A model generated the notes under the pieces. It worked only from the letters and a program-made list of their open reading frames with translations. It ran no database searches and was not told the origin of the DNA. Both the position numbers and the translations under genes were made by a program. Shown piece by piece: positions 42,866 to 52,488 of a stretch of DNA of 55,163 bases. The stretch covers positions 1-55,163 of the forward strand of contig CAMEHL010000001.1 of NCBI GenBank assembly GCA_945917475.1, given 5' to 3'. This stretch comes from an uncultured Clostridia bacterium (GTDB lineage: Bacteria > Bacillota > Clostridia > Christensenellales > Borkfalkiaceae). How positions within the stretch are numbered: position 1 is the first letter of the stretch; every line of letters starts with the position of its first letter.

Positions 42866-45800
42866 TTATCGGACTTCAATGATAACTTGTTCCGAAGAAT
42901 AGTTGCCCGCTTCATCGATAGCCGTTACGATTATAGTATATTTGCCCGCCTTATTCGCGACGAAAGAATTTTCCTTCATCATTTTCGATATTCCGTCCGC
43001 ATCGATAAGTATAACGTCAATTTTTACTTCGCAACCCGTTTCGTCCGTTGCCGAAATCGTGGGAAGCGCAATTTTGTCGTTTACATTTGCCGTCGAACTT
43101 ATTTTGGAAACCGTAAGTACGGGTGGCGTTACGTCTACGGAATTGCAGTTAAAGGTTTTTATATCTAATCTCGTTTGACCGTTACCGCATATATCCGTCG
43201 CTTTATACGAGAAATTATAGTATCCGTAACTATCTAAAACTATTATATAGTCGAGGCTGTATTTATCTCCGTCAAGAGTAACTCCGTCCTTCGTTTTTGC
43301 AAACGAACCGCTCGGCGTTGTTACCTGAAAGGTAAATACGGGGCATGGGTCGAGAACGTCTTTAACGACGGCTTCCCTGACCTTTACTTCGCTTTTATAC
43401 GGTACGTTGACACTTCTTTTATCGACGAAAATTTGCGGAGCGCGGTTATCCGTCATACCCGACTTAAAATCCTGCCCATTTATTTGATTTATCTTTACGC
43501 CCGCCGTTCCGTCCACACCTTCAAACGAAAGAGAAAGATAGGCTAAACAGTCGGTAAATCCCATAAAGTCGGAATTATAAAAAGATAATTTTTCGTCGTT
43601 GAGCATTAAAGTTTCGTTGTTGAACTGCAAAGAATATTCGACTTCTTCACTCCCGAAACTCTTATGCAATTTTACTTCTTTATTGTTATAAGAGAAATAC
43701 GCACCGTCGTTTTTAAGATAATAATAAATTATTATATCGTTATTTTCGTCGTATACGTCGCAAAGTCTTATTTTTAATTTACCGAAAGATTTTTGCGTAT
43801 CGGACAAAGAAAACAACAAGGAAAATTCACGCACCTGAACGGAATTTATAAACTCGATACAGGAATCTGCGGTCTTGTCTTCAACCGTAAAAGATACTCC
43901 CTTTTCGCTCGCCGTCTTGACTATGTTAGAAGTATTGAAAAAATTCTCGGCAACGTATACGTTCTGACTGCCGAAGTTTACGTCGAACACCTTATACACC
44001 GCACTGTCTATATAACTGCCGTTATATTCGTATCTGAACTGAACGGTATTGCTTGCGCCAACAAGATAGGTGTTTCCGCTTATAAGTTTATCGAACCCCT
44101 TGCCGTCTTCGTTTACGTAAACTTTTGTCAAAACCTTTTCTACGGACGACGCGGTCAGTTTATAAGCGTAATAATCGTTGATTTTGTACGAAGCGTTCTT
44201 AATAAAATACTTGTCAAAGTGATATTCGTCGTAAAACCTGATAACGCCTTCGCTATCGCCGGTTACTTCTACCGTAAACGTTTCGTAGTCCGCACTTCCG
44301 ATATAATCGGAAACCTTAACGAAAACGCTGTAAGTCCCTATATACAAGGGAAGGAATTTGCCGTCTATAATATCGAACGACTTGTTCGTTCCGTTGTGAA
44401 CGGCATAAGCGGATATCTTGTAATTGCCGATATTCCCTTTTACCGATACGTTGCTGAAAGCCTGCAATTCGTTGCCGACTTCCCCGGGGAAAGTGTTTTC
44501 ATCGAGAGTAACCGATAGCGGTGTAACTCTTTCTTTTATCGCGTTGACATTAACGACTACTTCCGCCGTGTTGCCAGATAAATCCTTGCTCTTATATACG
44601 ACGTAGTAATTGCCCGCCGTCTTCGGAATAAAATACCCGTTTGTGGAATCGACAATCGTTTTGCCTTTCATATAATAATTTTTATAAACAGAAACTTCCG
44701 TTTCGCAATAGCCGTCTACTTCGTCATAAGCCGAGCAATCGAAAATATTGTATTTTTCGCCGACAACCGCTTTGGGAATTTCGACGTTTCCCTTCGTGTC
44801 GATACTTATTTTCGGCGCGTCTACGTCATAGAAAACGTTTTTGCTTAAATCCATATCGGCTATCTGTAAAATACACAAGTCGGCATACGCTTTGGAATAT
44901 TTTTTTCCTTCCAAGGTCAACTTAACTCTTCCCGACGAAAAACCGCCAAAGCCCTTTTCGTAGAAAGCGGGGTCGTCCAAGTCTACTACGAGCATACCGT
45001 TTGCGAATATCGCGTTATCGGCGTAATCGTACGAAATGGAAACGGATTCGTCCCCCAACTGTTTATTTTGCGGAGTTCCGACCCACGAGAAAACCGTTTC
45101 GTGCCCCCAGGAATTATTCTTCTGTACGCTGAACCATTGTCCCCTGTATGGAATATATTCGCCCGTAGCACTTTGTGCGGGACGGAGGGACGCTCCTATA
45201 ACGTCCGAATCGGTAAACCGACCGGTTATATACGTGTTGTAATAGGTCAAAATATTGCTCTCGTCGAGAACGGTTTTGAATTCGACTTCGACGAAATTGT
45301 TTTCGTTTTCCACGTCGGTTAATCTCAAAATAAGGTTAGCGTCGTTTTCTCCGAGTTTTTGCGGTATATTGAAAAATTTGATAACCGTATCGTTTTTGGT
45401 ATAGGTTGAAATATCAAGGATTTGTTTTATATAAAACGTGTCCATATTTTTCAACCTTGTAAATATCCCTTCTTGTCCCGAATATTCGTTTCCGTTAAAA
45501 TCTTTTACGCCGTAATACGGGAAAAGCGAATCGGAATCCCCGTCGATTCCGTATAAGGCGTGAAGAACGGAAAATTCATAGGAAACGCTACGGCTTATGC
45601 CGTCTGCTTTTCCCGTGTAAACGAGTTTATAGTTACCGCTTTCGGTTAAGGAAAACGAATCTTTGACTATACTCGTTTTATTCGGCAAAATCATATAGTA
45701 AGCGGTATCGTAACGAGTGCCGTTTAAGTAAAAATCGCATTTCGGAACGTTAAAAGCGTCCCCTATGGCATAAGTTTTTTTAATCTCGACTTCGCTGAAA

Positions 45801-45913
45801 GACCATTGCTTTTTTTCGGACGAAAAAACAACGTGCTTTACCGAAAAAAACAGTAATAACAAACACGAGAAGATTAATGTCCCTATCAATATGTTTCTTA
45901 ATTTTTTAGTCAT
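42866..45913 (-). CDS. 1015-aa membrane-anchored/secreted multi-domain surface protein with Ig-like (DUF5011/HYR-type) domains
   Basis: N-terminal TM NILIGTLIFSCLLLLFFSV. Repeated D(A/T)P(K/P)(I/V) module starts (DVDAPKISID, NRAPQIFVD, DVTPPVLTV). C-terminal ...ATDETGCEVKIDV...TAIDEAGNYSS. Confidence 0.85.
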   Translation of the reverse strand: MTKKLRNILIGTLIFSCLLLLFFSVKHVVFSSEKKQWSFSEVEIKKTYAIGDAFNVPKCDFYLNGTRYDTAYYMILPNKTSIVKDSFSLTESGNYKLVYTGKADGISRSVSYEFSVLHALYGIDGDSDSLFPYYGVKDFNGNEYSGQEGIFTRLKNMDTFYIKQILDISTYTKNDTVIKFFNIPQKLGENDANLILRLTDVENENNFVEVEFKTVLDESNILTYYNTYITGRFTDSDVIGASLRPAQSATGEYIPYRGQWFSVQKNNSWGHETVFSWVGTPQNKQLGDESVSISYDYADNAIFANGMLVVDLDDPAFYEKGFGGFSSGRVKLTLEGKKYSKAYADLCILQIADMDLSKNVFYDVDAPKISIDTKGNVEIPKAVVGEKYNIFDCSAYDEVDGYCETEVSVYKNYYMKGKTIVDSTNGYFIPKTAGNYYVVYKSKDLSGNTAEVVVNVNAIKERVTPLSVTLDENTFPGEVGNELQAFSNVSVKGNIGNYKISAYAVHNGTNKSFDIIDGKFLPLYIGTYSVFVKVSDYIGSADYETFTVEVTGDSEGVIRFYDEYHFDKYFIKNASYKINDYYAYKLTASSVEKVLTKVYVNEDGKGFDKLISGNTYLVGASNTVQFRYEYNGSYIDSAVYKVFDVNFGSQNVYVAENFFNTSNIVKTASEKGVSFTVEDKTADSCIEFINSVQVREFSLLFSLSDTQKSFGKLKIRLCDVYDENNDIIIYYYLKNDGAYFSYNNKEVKLHKSFGSEEVEYSLQFNNETLMLNDEKLSFYNSDFMGFTDCLAYLSLSFEGVDGTAGVKINQINGQDFKSGMTDNRAPQIFVDKRSVNVPYKSEVKVREAVVKDVLDPCPVFTFQVTTPSGSFAKTKDGVTLDGDKYSLDYIIVLDSYGYYNFSYKATDICGNGQTRLDIKTFNCNSVDVTPPVLTVSKISSTANVNDKIALPTISATDETGCEVKIDVILIDADGISKMMKENSFVANKAGKYTIIVTAIDEAGNYSSEQVIIEVR

Positions 45914-45966
45914 AAATTGTCCCTTTATTCTTTTTATTTCTGAATTTTCCGTCGTAAATTCTCTTA

Positions 45967-46836
45967 TTATTCTTTAACTCCGCCCATCGTGATATTGCCC
46001 ATAATCTTATCCTTAAAAATAACGAACAAAACTATAATAGGCGCAGCGAACATTATAGACCCCGCCATTCTTATACTCGTAGTAGAACTCTCGTCGAATC
46101 TCGTATTCAAGTCGTAAATGCCGTATGCGAGAGTCGGATAAGACGGAATATACAGTAACGGTGCTTGGTAATCGTTCCAAAACTCGATAAACCTTATCAG
46201 TAACACCAAAGACACGGTATTGCGAATCAGCGGGAAAATTACCTTCAAAAACACGGTAAACTGTCCTGCGCCGTCTATATATGCCGCTTCCCAGTATTCT
46301 TTGCTTATCCCCTTTATCATTGCCATGTAAACGAGAAAATACATGCCGAGAAAATTAAACTTCATAAGCCACGTGCCGCATATCGTATCGTACATATTTA
46401 AGTAATTCAGCATTTGTATTTCCGAAGGATATGCCCCTACGATAGGTAAAATCATGGTTACGATAACGATAGTGTTCAGAAGTTTGCTGTAAAAACATGG
46501 GAATTTTACTACGGCGTATGCAACAAGACAGGGAACTATTGCCTGTATTAAGGAGTTTACGCCGACGTATCCCAAGGTGTTAATAATCATACTGCCGAGT
46601 CCGACTTTTTTACCGCCGACAGGCACGCCTATCTTTTGCCAAACGGTTATAAAGTTTTCAAAGTGAACGCCGTCTTTCGGCAAAGAAAACCCGTAACTGT
46701 CGAAATCGCTCTTAACGGAAGAAAGTGCAGTCCATATAAAAAGCATCACAATAATAAAGACGTATAATGCCAAAACACAACAAAGAATAACCGAATACGA
46801 TGAAATTTTTCTCTCAATTTTATTAGGATTTTTCAT
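45967..46836 (-). CDS. Carbohydrate ABC transporter permease (LplC/MalG-like)
   Basis: 6-TM. EAA loop EAAYIDGAGQFTVFLKVIFPL. Confidence 0.9.
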   Translation of the reverse strand: MKNPNKIERKISSYSVILCCVLALYVFIIVMLFIWTALSSVKSDFDSYGFSLPKDGVHFENFITVWQKIGVPVGGKKVGLGSMIINTLGYVGVNSLIQAIVPCLVAYAVVKFPCFYSKLLNTIVIVTMILPIVGAYPSEIQMLNYLNMYDTICGTWLMKFNFLGMYFLVYMAMIKGISKEYWEAAYIDGAGQFTVFLKVIFPLIRNTVSLVLLIRFIEFWNDYQAPLLYIPSYPTLAYGIYDLNTRFDESSTTSIRMAGSIMFAAPIIVLFVIFKDKIMGNITMGGVKE

Positions 46837-46837
46837 A

Positions 46838-47761
46838 TTATCTATCCCCCGTCGGATCGAATTTGTTCAGAACACCGCGAAGAATAAACGTGAGTGTCGA
46901 AGTTATGATATTAAGCACAATCCCCAAAGCCGAAAGATACGGATAATATTTCCAAGCGTCGTTCGTCTTCATTTCTCTATATAAGAACATACCTATCGTC
47001 CATATATCCGACACACCGTCCGATTCTCCGTAGAAAGAGAACACGTTCATTTGATGAGTAAACAGTCCCGCAAGCCCGACGACGATAAACGTAGAAAGGG
47101 TTGGGAAAACCAAGGGAACGACGATAGAAACGAACTCCCTTAACGGACCGACACCTTCTAACGATGCCGATTCGAAAATAGAATCGGAAATCTGCCCCAT
47201 AGCACCCGTATACATTAAAACGCTCGTGCCGAAACTCATTATGATAGAATAGAATAAGACCCAGAAGAACCTGTTTGTGGTTAGAAGTCCCAAAATCGAT
47301 TCGCCAGTTATCGAATATACGATTCCGGGGTAACCTTCTTCCAAGAAATACTTGTAGATAATAACCAAAACCGCGGGCGAAACTATATTCGGAATATAAA
47401 GAAACACCTTAAAAAGCCCCGCGCCCTTGAATTTCTTACTGATATAATAAGAAAACATAAGAGCAAGAGTTATGCCTACTAAGGTGTTAAAAACGTATAA
47501 AATCAAGGAATTCTTGGCGTACAATAACAAATTTTCTATCGTATATCTCGAATTCGACTTATGTTGCGAAAATATTTGGATAAAATTAGTTAATCCTGCA
47601 AATTTATCGGCAACTCCACTCTCCCTGTCCTTAAAGGCAAGGAGAATAGAGTTGAAATTAACACCGATATAAAATATTGCAAATTGAATTGAAGGAATAA
47701 GAACCAAACATAAATAGAAAAATACATCGTTCTTACTTTTGAATATTTTTTGTCTTGTCAT
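46838..47761 (-). CDS. Carbohydrate ABC transporter permease (LplB/MalF-like)
   Basis: Multi-TM. ESASLEGVGPLREFVSIVVPL. Confidence 0.9.
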   Translation of the reverse strand: MTRQKIFKSKNDVFFYLCLVLIPSIQFAIFYIGVNFNSILLAFKDRESGVADKFAGLTNFIQIFSQHKSNSRYTIENLLLYAKNSLILYVFNTLVGITLALMFSYYISKKFKGAGLFKVFLYIPNIVSPAVLVIIYKYFLEEGYPGIVYSITGESILGLLTTNRFFWVLFYSIIMSFGTSVLMYTGAMGQISDSIFESASLEGVGPLREFVSIVVPLVFPTLSTFIVVGLAGLFTHQMNVFSFYGESDGVSDIWTIGMFLYREMKTNDAWKYYPYLSALGIVLNIITSTLTFILRGVLNKFDPTGDR

Positions 47762-47805
47762 AGTAATACCTTAACGTCGATAAATTGAAATACTGTAATA
47801 CTTAA

Positions 47806-49527
47806 CTATGCCAAATCCGAAGCGGTTTTTACCATACCTCTAAAAAATTCTTTCGCCGTGGTATGCTTGGATTCCGTACTTCTGAACGCATAGTATAAAT
47901 CACTCGTTTGATTCGTTGTACTGAACCAGAAAGTTTTACCCTGACTGTTGTTTAAGGATAAATAATCGGAATATTTCAAATACTTCGCGTTGTTAGAACC
48001 GAAATAGAACAACAAGCCCTTCTCGCTCGCCTTCTTTTTCGCCTTCCAGATGCTTTGACCCATACTCGAAAGTTCGGAAACTTCCGCGTCCGTCATATCA
48101 TACGACAACGCCTTCGTTACACCCGTTTTTTTGGTAAACGCCTTTAAGTTTTCTTCCGTATTTGCAAACATAATAAAGTCTTTTGCAAGGTTAATTAGCA
48201 CCGAGTTATCGCCTACGGATTTTTTGTCTATCATCATATAGCATTCCGCCTGATCTGCCAAAGTATAGGAATTAACGCCTTGTTCGGGCGTGATTTCCGT
48301 CGCCGTCGATATAACTGCGGGCAAAGGCATATAAGCATAGTTTTTCGTTTTACCGCCGTGTCTTTTCTCGTAAGACTGCAAATGAGTCTTCGCTTCGTTT
48401 ACCCAGTAGTTACCTTCGACTATCATCGCTGCGTTTTGATAAGCGGGAATTTCATCGCCGAAAATAAACTCTTTCTGCGCGTCGGTATTAGTTCTCGATT
48501 CGCCGATAGAAGAATCGGTAAAATATTTTAACTTCGCACCTTCTTCCGCACTCATAAGTGTATCCAAAAGATTTAACGCCTGATATTTTTCGGCTTGTTG
48601 AGAAAGTTTGTAAAGGGTGTCCGAATTTATCGTAGCACTCTCTACGCCGTTATCGTTATTTGCCACGTATGCGTCAATGTCGGTAATGTAATTTACCGTA
48701 TCCGAACCGCTGTCTAACGTGTAGTGATAAGACGCGCTCTTTCCCGCAAGGCAAAGATACGCTTCGGTTGCAAGGAAGTTGAGATAACGTTTAACGCTAC
48801 CCGCACTGATCAAGGGTTTCATGGATTCGGAAATCTTATCGCAAAGCGCATAGAACTGCGTGTAAGTTGCGGGCAATCCGTCGTCTACCGTGCCTTGTAC
48901 ACCGTCGGGACCGTTTGATTTTGTTGCCGAACCGTTCGATATAAAGGTGTTGTTTACGGTATTTGCGAAATACCATTTCATTTCGTTAAACAAATCCACG
49001 TCGTAGTAAATTCCGCCGAACGTTTCGTAATGCGGAACCGCATAATACGAGCCGTTTCCGGAAGAGAGCAACTGCTTTTGGCTGTCGGATAAGCGGGTTT
49101 CGATTGCCGTATCGTAGGTAGATACCTTGTCCTTAACCGTAACGGTCTTTCCCGTTACGGCGTCCCCTATATCCAAAAGATAATCCGAGTTTCTCAAAGA
49201 ATCGATATTACAGCATTGATAAACGATAACGTGATTACCCCTTCCGAACATACTTTCGACAACCGTCTTATCCGGCACGATGGTAACCGTAACGCCGGTT
49301 TTGCCGTCTTCTAAAGACACGTCCTTATATTTAGCCTCGAAACTCGTCTTCAAATCTTCAAGCCACTCTCCGCCGATTCCGCCGTTATAGTTGACAACCT
49401 TTAACTCGGTTGTGTTTCCCGTATTACCGTTTCCACCGCAAGCCGTAAACGCCGTTGCCGTAGCGGTAAGTGTCAAGATCAATGCAAAACTCATGCATTT
49501 ACCGAAAAATCTTTTTCCTTTCATCAT
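47806..49527 (-). CDS. Large (573-aa) extracellular solute-binding lipoprotein (LplA-type)
   Basis: Lipobox ATAFTACGG. The size and pairing with LplB/C-like permeases fit this type. Confidence 0.9.
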   Translation of the reverse strand: MMKGKRFFGKCMSFALILTLTATATAFTACGGNGNTGNTTELKVVNYNGGIGGEWLEDLKTSFEAKYKDVSLEDGKTGVTVTIVPDKTVVESMFGRGNHVIVYQCCNIDSLRNSDYLLDIGDAVTGKTVTVKDKVSTYDTAIETRLSDSQKQLLSSGNGSYYAVPHYETFGGIYYDVDLFNEMKWYFANTVNNTFISNGSATKSNGPDGVQGTVDDGLPATYTQFYALCDKISESMKPLISAGSVKRYLNFLATEAYLCLAGKSASYHYTLDSGSDTVNYITDIDAYVANNDNGVESATINSDTLYKLSQQAEKYQALNLLDTLMSAEEGAKLKYFTDSSIGESRTNTDAQKEFIFGDEIPAYQNAAMIVEGNYWVNEAKTHLQSYEKRHGGKTKNYAYMPLPAVISTATEITPEQGVNSYTLADQAECYMMIDKKSVGDNSVLINLAKDFIMFANTEENLKAFTKKTGVTKALSYDMTDAEVSELSSMGQSIWKAKKKASEKGLLFYFGSNNAKYLKYSDYLSLNNSQGKTFWFSTTNQTSDLYYAFRSTESKHTTAKEFFRGMVKTASDLA

Positions 49528-49541
49528 AGTCTCTCCAAAAA

Positions 49542-49673
49542 TCAGTTTTTGTAAATCGGTTCAAAACTATCCGTCGATTCCACTTCGGAATCTATAATTT
49601 CTCCGGACCCATACATGCAGTCGTCCGAAATCAACAGTTCGATATCAGACTCCGGTTTAAAATATTTTTTCAT
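49542..49673 (-). CDS. 43-aa acidic small ORF, below the ORF-track length cut-off
   Basis: MKKYFKPESDIELLISDDCMYGSGEIIDSEVESTDSFEPIYKN. A GGAGAA RBS lies 7 nt upstream and directly follows the TGA of the 881-aa gene. The ORF's stop is followed by the GGAGAG RBS of the SBP gene. Confidence 0.35.
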   Translation of the reverse strand: MKKYFKPESDIELLISDDCMYGSGEIIDSEVESTDSFEPIYKN

Positions 49674-49687
49674 TATTTTATTCTCCA

Positions 49688-52333
49688 TCATTTATTCAAA
49701 GTAACGGTGGCAGTGTTTACCGCACCGACCACAAACCTGTAATTTCCGCCGTTGATTACCACTAATTTCAAATCGCTTATTTTGCGGTCTCCTATCGCGG
49801 TAATCGTATAAACGCCCGCACCGTAAGTAACGCTGAATTTGGATTCGTATCCTGTCGGCGTAACGACGGTAACGTCTTCGTCGTGCTCGATAACGAGAAC
49901 GCTGTCGATAATTCCCTTTGCGAATTCTCTTTTCGATTCTTCTACGGTTATATCTTCGTAAACGCACTTTGCAAGATAGTAAACGCTTCTTCCTTGGTCA
50001 GCCAAAGAATAGTTGCCGTATTCTTCGTAATCCTTGTTGCCGTCGGTATATTGAAGAACCGTTCTCGCGATATAAACGCGGTTTAGGTTGCCTTCCTTAA
50101 TGTTCTTAACCGACGCATAGAAAGAGTAGCACCCGTTGTTCTTTTCACTTTCAAGAATTGCACTCCAAGAAGTAGCCGTAAGAAGGTTATATTCTCCTTC
50201 TTCAAGATTGTCGAGAGTAAATTCGTCGTCGCCCAAAATATCTTTCGTGGTTATTATCATGGAGAAACTTACGTTATCCGCACCGTATTTCGCCACGAGA
50301 GAATCGAAGTAAAATTTATTTACTCCGCCCGACCATCTCAATCCGTATTGAGAAATACTGGATTCTTTGGTCGCGTTGAATTTCAATCCCGCACCGGTAT
50401 AGGTTACGATTTTAACCACTTCGGTAAAATCTACGTCTTTGGAAAGTCTTACTTTCTGACCCGCATCGTAGAAATTTTCACCGTCCGTCCAGCAGTTATA
50501 AGAAGAAGTAAGAGCGGGCAAGGTGTATGTCGAATAGGTCTTTACACTCGTAGAAGGAACGATTTCCTGTCCCGAAATATCGGTAACCGAATAGGTGATA
50601 TTTTCACTGTCCTTGGTAACCGTAAAGTTGCCCGCGTCCATGTGAACTTTATTTACCACTATTCCCAAATCGTTGCCGTTTTGGTCGTAGCATCTGATAT
50701 TGTCTAACGTTGTCCCCTGCGAAATTCCGCCTTCGGATAAGTGCAATCCGAAATATCCGTATTCTCCAACCGTCAACGAATTAGTTAAACCGAATCCCGA
50801 AACGTCCACGTTCGTTATGTTGCCGTTTAAGTCGTCTTTCGTCACTTTAACGCTATATGTAGTTTCAGAAGTCCTTATATAAACGATAGTGTATTCAAAG
50901 CCTTCGTCGAGAATAGGACAACCGCTACCGAACTTCATAGTACCACCCTGATAAGTGAATTCTCTCGTAGGGTCACTCGTAAGAACAAAGCCCGTTTGAT
51001 TTATTGTTTTACCTCTAGACTTTGCAACGTAGTATTTCAAAAACACCATATCGTCTACTTCGTCTCTCTTCGTGTTTGATGTAATGCAAATCCTTTGAGA
51101 CGCATCTTTCTTCGCAAGTATAGTGTATGAATCGCCTGTATAATCAACGGTAGGAATATCCGTTTCAACCGTAATACTAGAAGAATTAAACCTTACTCCG
51201 AGAGATTTTCCGTTTTCGTCATAAGCCTTAATATTCGACATTTCCAAACCGCTTATAGAACCAAGCAACCAAACACCGAAATATCCGCTATCGCCGGAAG
51301 CCGTTTGTCCTGCAGAAGACGGATAATATAAATTTTCATATACCCCCGTGGAAATATTTATTCTATATGCACCAATTTTTATATTGCTTTCCAATCTTTC
51401 AAAAATAAATCTATACGAATAACTTTCATCCAAACATAACCCGTTTGCGTTAAACCACATATTTCCACCGTTAGCCGTTGTGTAGGGGTATCCGACTGTC
51501 GGAGCGGTTGTCGTAAACATACCCGTTTGGGTTAAACCGTTCGTAGTTATAGCGTCTACGGTATACTCGATAACAACCTTACTTCCGATATCAGAATACG
51601 GTTTTTCCGTCACTATATATGTACCACTCGTAATGTCCGCACTTTGAACAACGCTACCCGTTTTATTGCATACGGCATTTTTTATAACAGCGTAATATTG
51701 ATTACGTCCACCGTCAAACCTAACGCCCAAATCATTACCTTGCTCGTCACATATAAATACGTTTTCCAAAATAACGTCGCCTATACCGCCTTCACTTGCC
51801 CAAATACCGAAATAGTTATTTGCAGTATTAGAAAAACCCGACCCCGCAACGGAAGTAAAACTGTTTGTCGATTGCGAACTGTCGCTTGACGTTTTTGTCA
51901 CTGTATTCGTAAACGTATTACTTGCGTTTACAGTAATTTCCACAAGATATTTACACCCCGATTCGTACATATTAAAAGAACCGAATTGTAGCCTACCATT
52001 CCCATTCCAAACGTTTGAACCGCTTGCATTAGGGTCGGTTGAAGACAAAACACCGAATTGCGTTGCAGTGACTGCACTCTTCTTAACTTCATAGCCGATG
52101 TAGACCTTTGAACCTACGGAAATATTCTCAATCGGCACGTCGCTTATCATGGTCGTAGCATTTAACGCCCCCGAAGAATAGTTATTGGCAACGGTATAAG
52201 TTGCAGACGGTGTAGGCACGCCGTCCGCTATAACCGTTTTGTCGGATAGCGAAAGAACTGCGCCAAACGTTGCAATCGCAACGATAATACTCAAGGCAAT
52301 TATTGTTACATTTTTCCTTATTGAAGTAAACAT
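49688..52333 (-). CDS. 881-aa secreted surface protein with three ~160-aa jelly-roll-like tandem modules
   Basis: Start MFTSIRKNVTIIALSIIVAIATFGAV with a GGGGAGGAG RBS (the track start 52438 is unlikely). Module ends NYFGIWASEGG...LENVFICDEQGNDLGVRF, GYFGVWLLGS...MSNIKAYDENGKSLGVRF, GYFGLHLSEGG...LDNIRCYDQNGNDLGIVV. Confidence 0.85.
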   Translation of the reverse strand: MFTSIRKNVTIIALSIIVAIATFGAVLSLSDKTVIADGVPTPSATYTVANNYSSGALNATTMISDVPIENISVGSKVYIGYEVKKSAVTATQFGVLSSTDPNASGSNVWNGNGRLQFGSFNMYESGCKYLVEITVNASNTFTNTVTKTSSDSSQSTNSFTSVAGSGFSNTANNYFGIWASEGGIGDVILENVFICDEQGNDLGVRFDGGRNQYYAVIKNAVCNKTGSVVQSADITSGTYIVTEKPYSDIGSKVVIEYTVDAITTNGLTQTGMFTTTAPTVGYPYTTANGGNMWFNANGLCLDESYSYRFIFERLESNIKIGAYRINISTGVYENLYYPSSAGQTASGDSGYFGVWLLGSISGLEMSNIKAYDENGKSLGVRFNSSSITVETDIPTVDYTGDSYTILAKKDASQRICITSNTKRDEVDDMVFLKYYVAKSRGKTINQTGFVLTSDPTREFTYQGGTMKFGSGCPILDEGFEYTIVYIRTSETTYSVKVTKDDLNGNITNVDVSGFGLTNSLTVGEYGYFGLHLSEGGISQGTTLDNIRCYDQNGNDLGIVVNKVHMDAGNFTVTKDSENITYSVTDISGQEIVPSTSVKTYSTYTLPALTSSYNCWTDGENFYDAGQKVRLSKDVDFTEVVKIVTYTGAGLKFNATKESSISQYGLRWSGGVNKFYFDSLVAKYGADNVSFSMIITTKDILGDDEFTLDNLEEGEYNLLTATSWSAILESEKNNGCYSFYASVKNIKEGNLNRVYIARTVLQYTDGNKDYEEYGNYSLADQGRSVYYLAKCVYEDITVEESKREFAKGIIDSVLVIEHDEDVTVVTPTGYESKFSVTYGAGVYTITAIGDRKISDLKLVVINGGNYRFVVGAVNTATVTLNK

Positions 52334-52363
52334 ATTACTCCTCCCCTTTATATTCTTTATTTC

Positions 52364-52392
52364 ATTATAAGCGTTTTTGCATTTATTGTATA
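52364..52392 (-). promoter_or_regulatory. Candidate promoter of the low-GC glycan gene train
   Basis: On the minus strand: TATACA (52392-52387), 17-nt spacer, TATAAT (52369-52364). Confidence 0.35.
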
Positions 52393-52454
52393 GAATTATA
52401 TTGCACAAAAATAGTAAATTCCTGCCGAAATTTAACAAAATATTCCTTTTATTA

Positions 52455-52482
52455 TTGACAGATACGGAAATAATGCTATAAT
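52455..52482 (+). promoter_or_regulatory. Consensus sigma70 promoter of the AraC/PocR gene, placed for a leaderless transcript
   Basis: TTGACA (52455-52460), 16-nt spacer, TATAAT (52477-52482). The ATG at 52489 is 7 nt after the -10. Confidence 0.6.
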
Positions 52483-52488
52483 AAGGCT

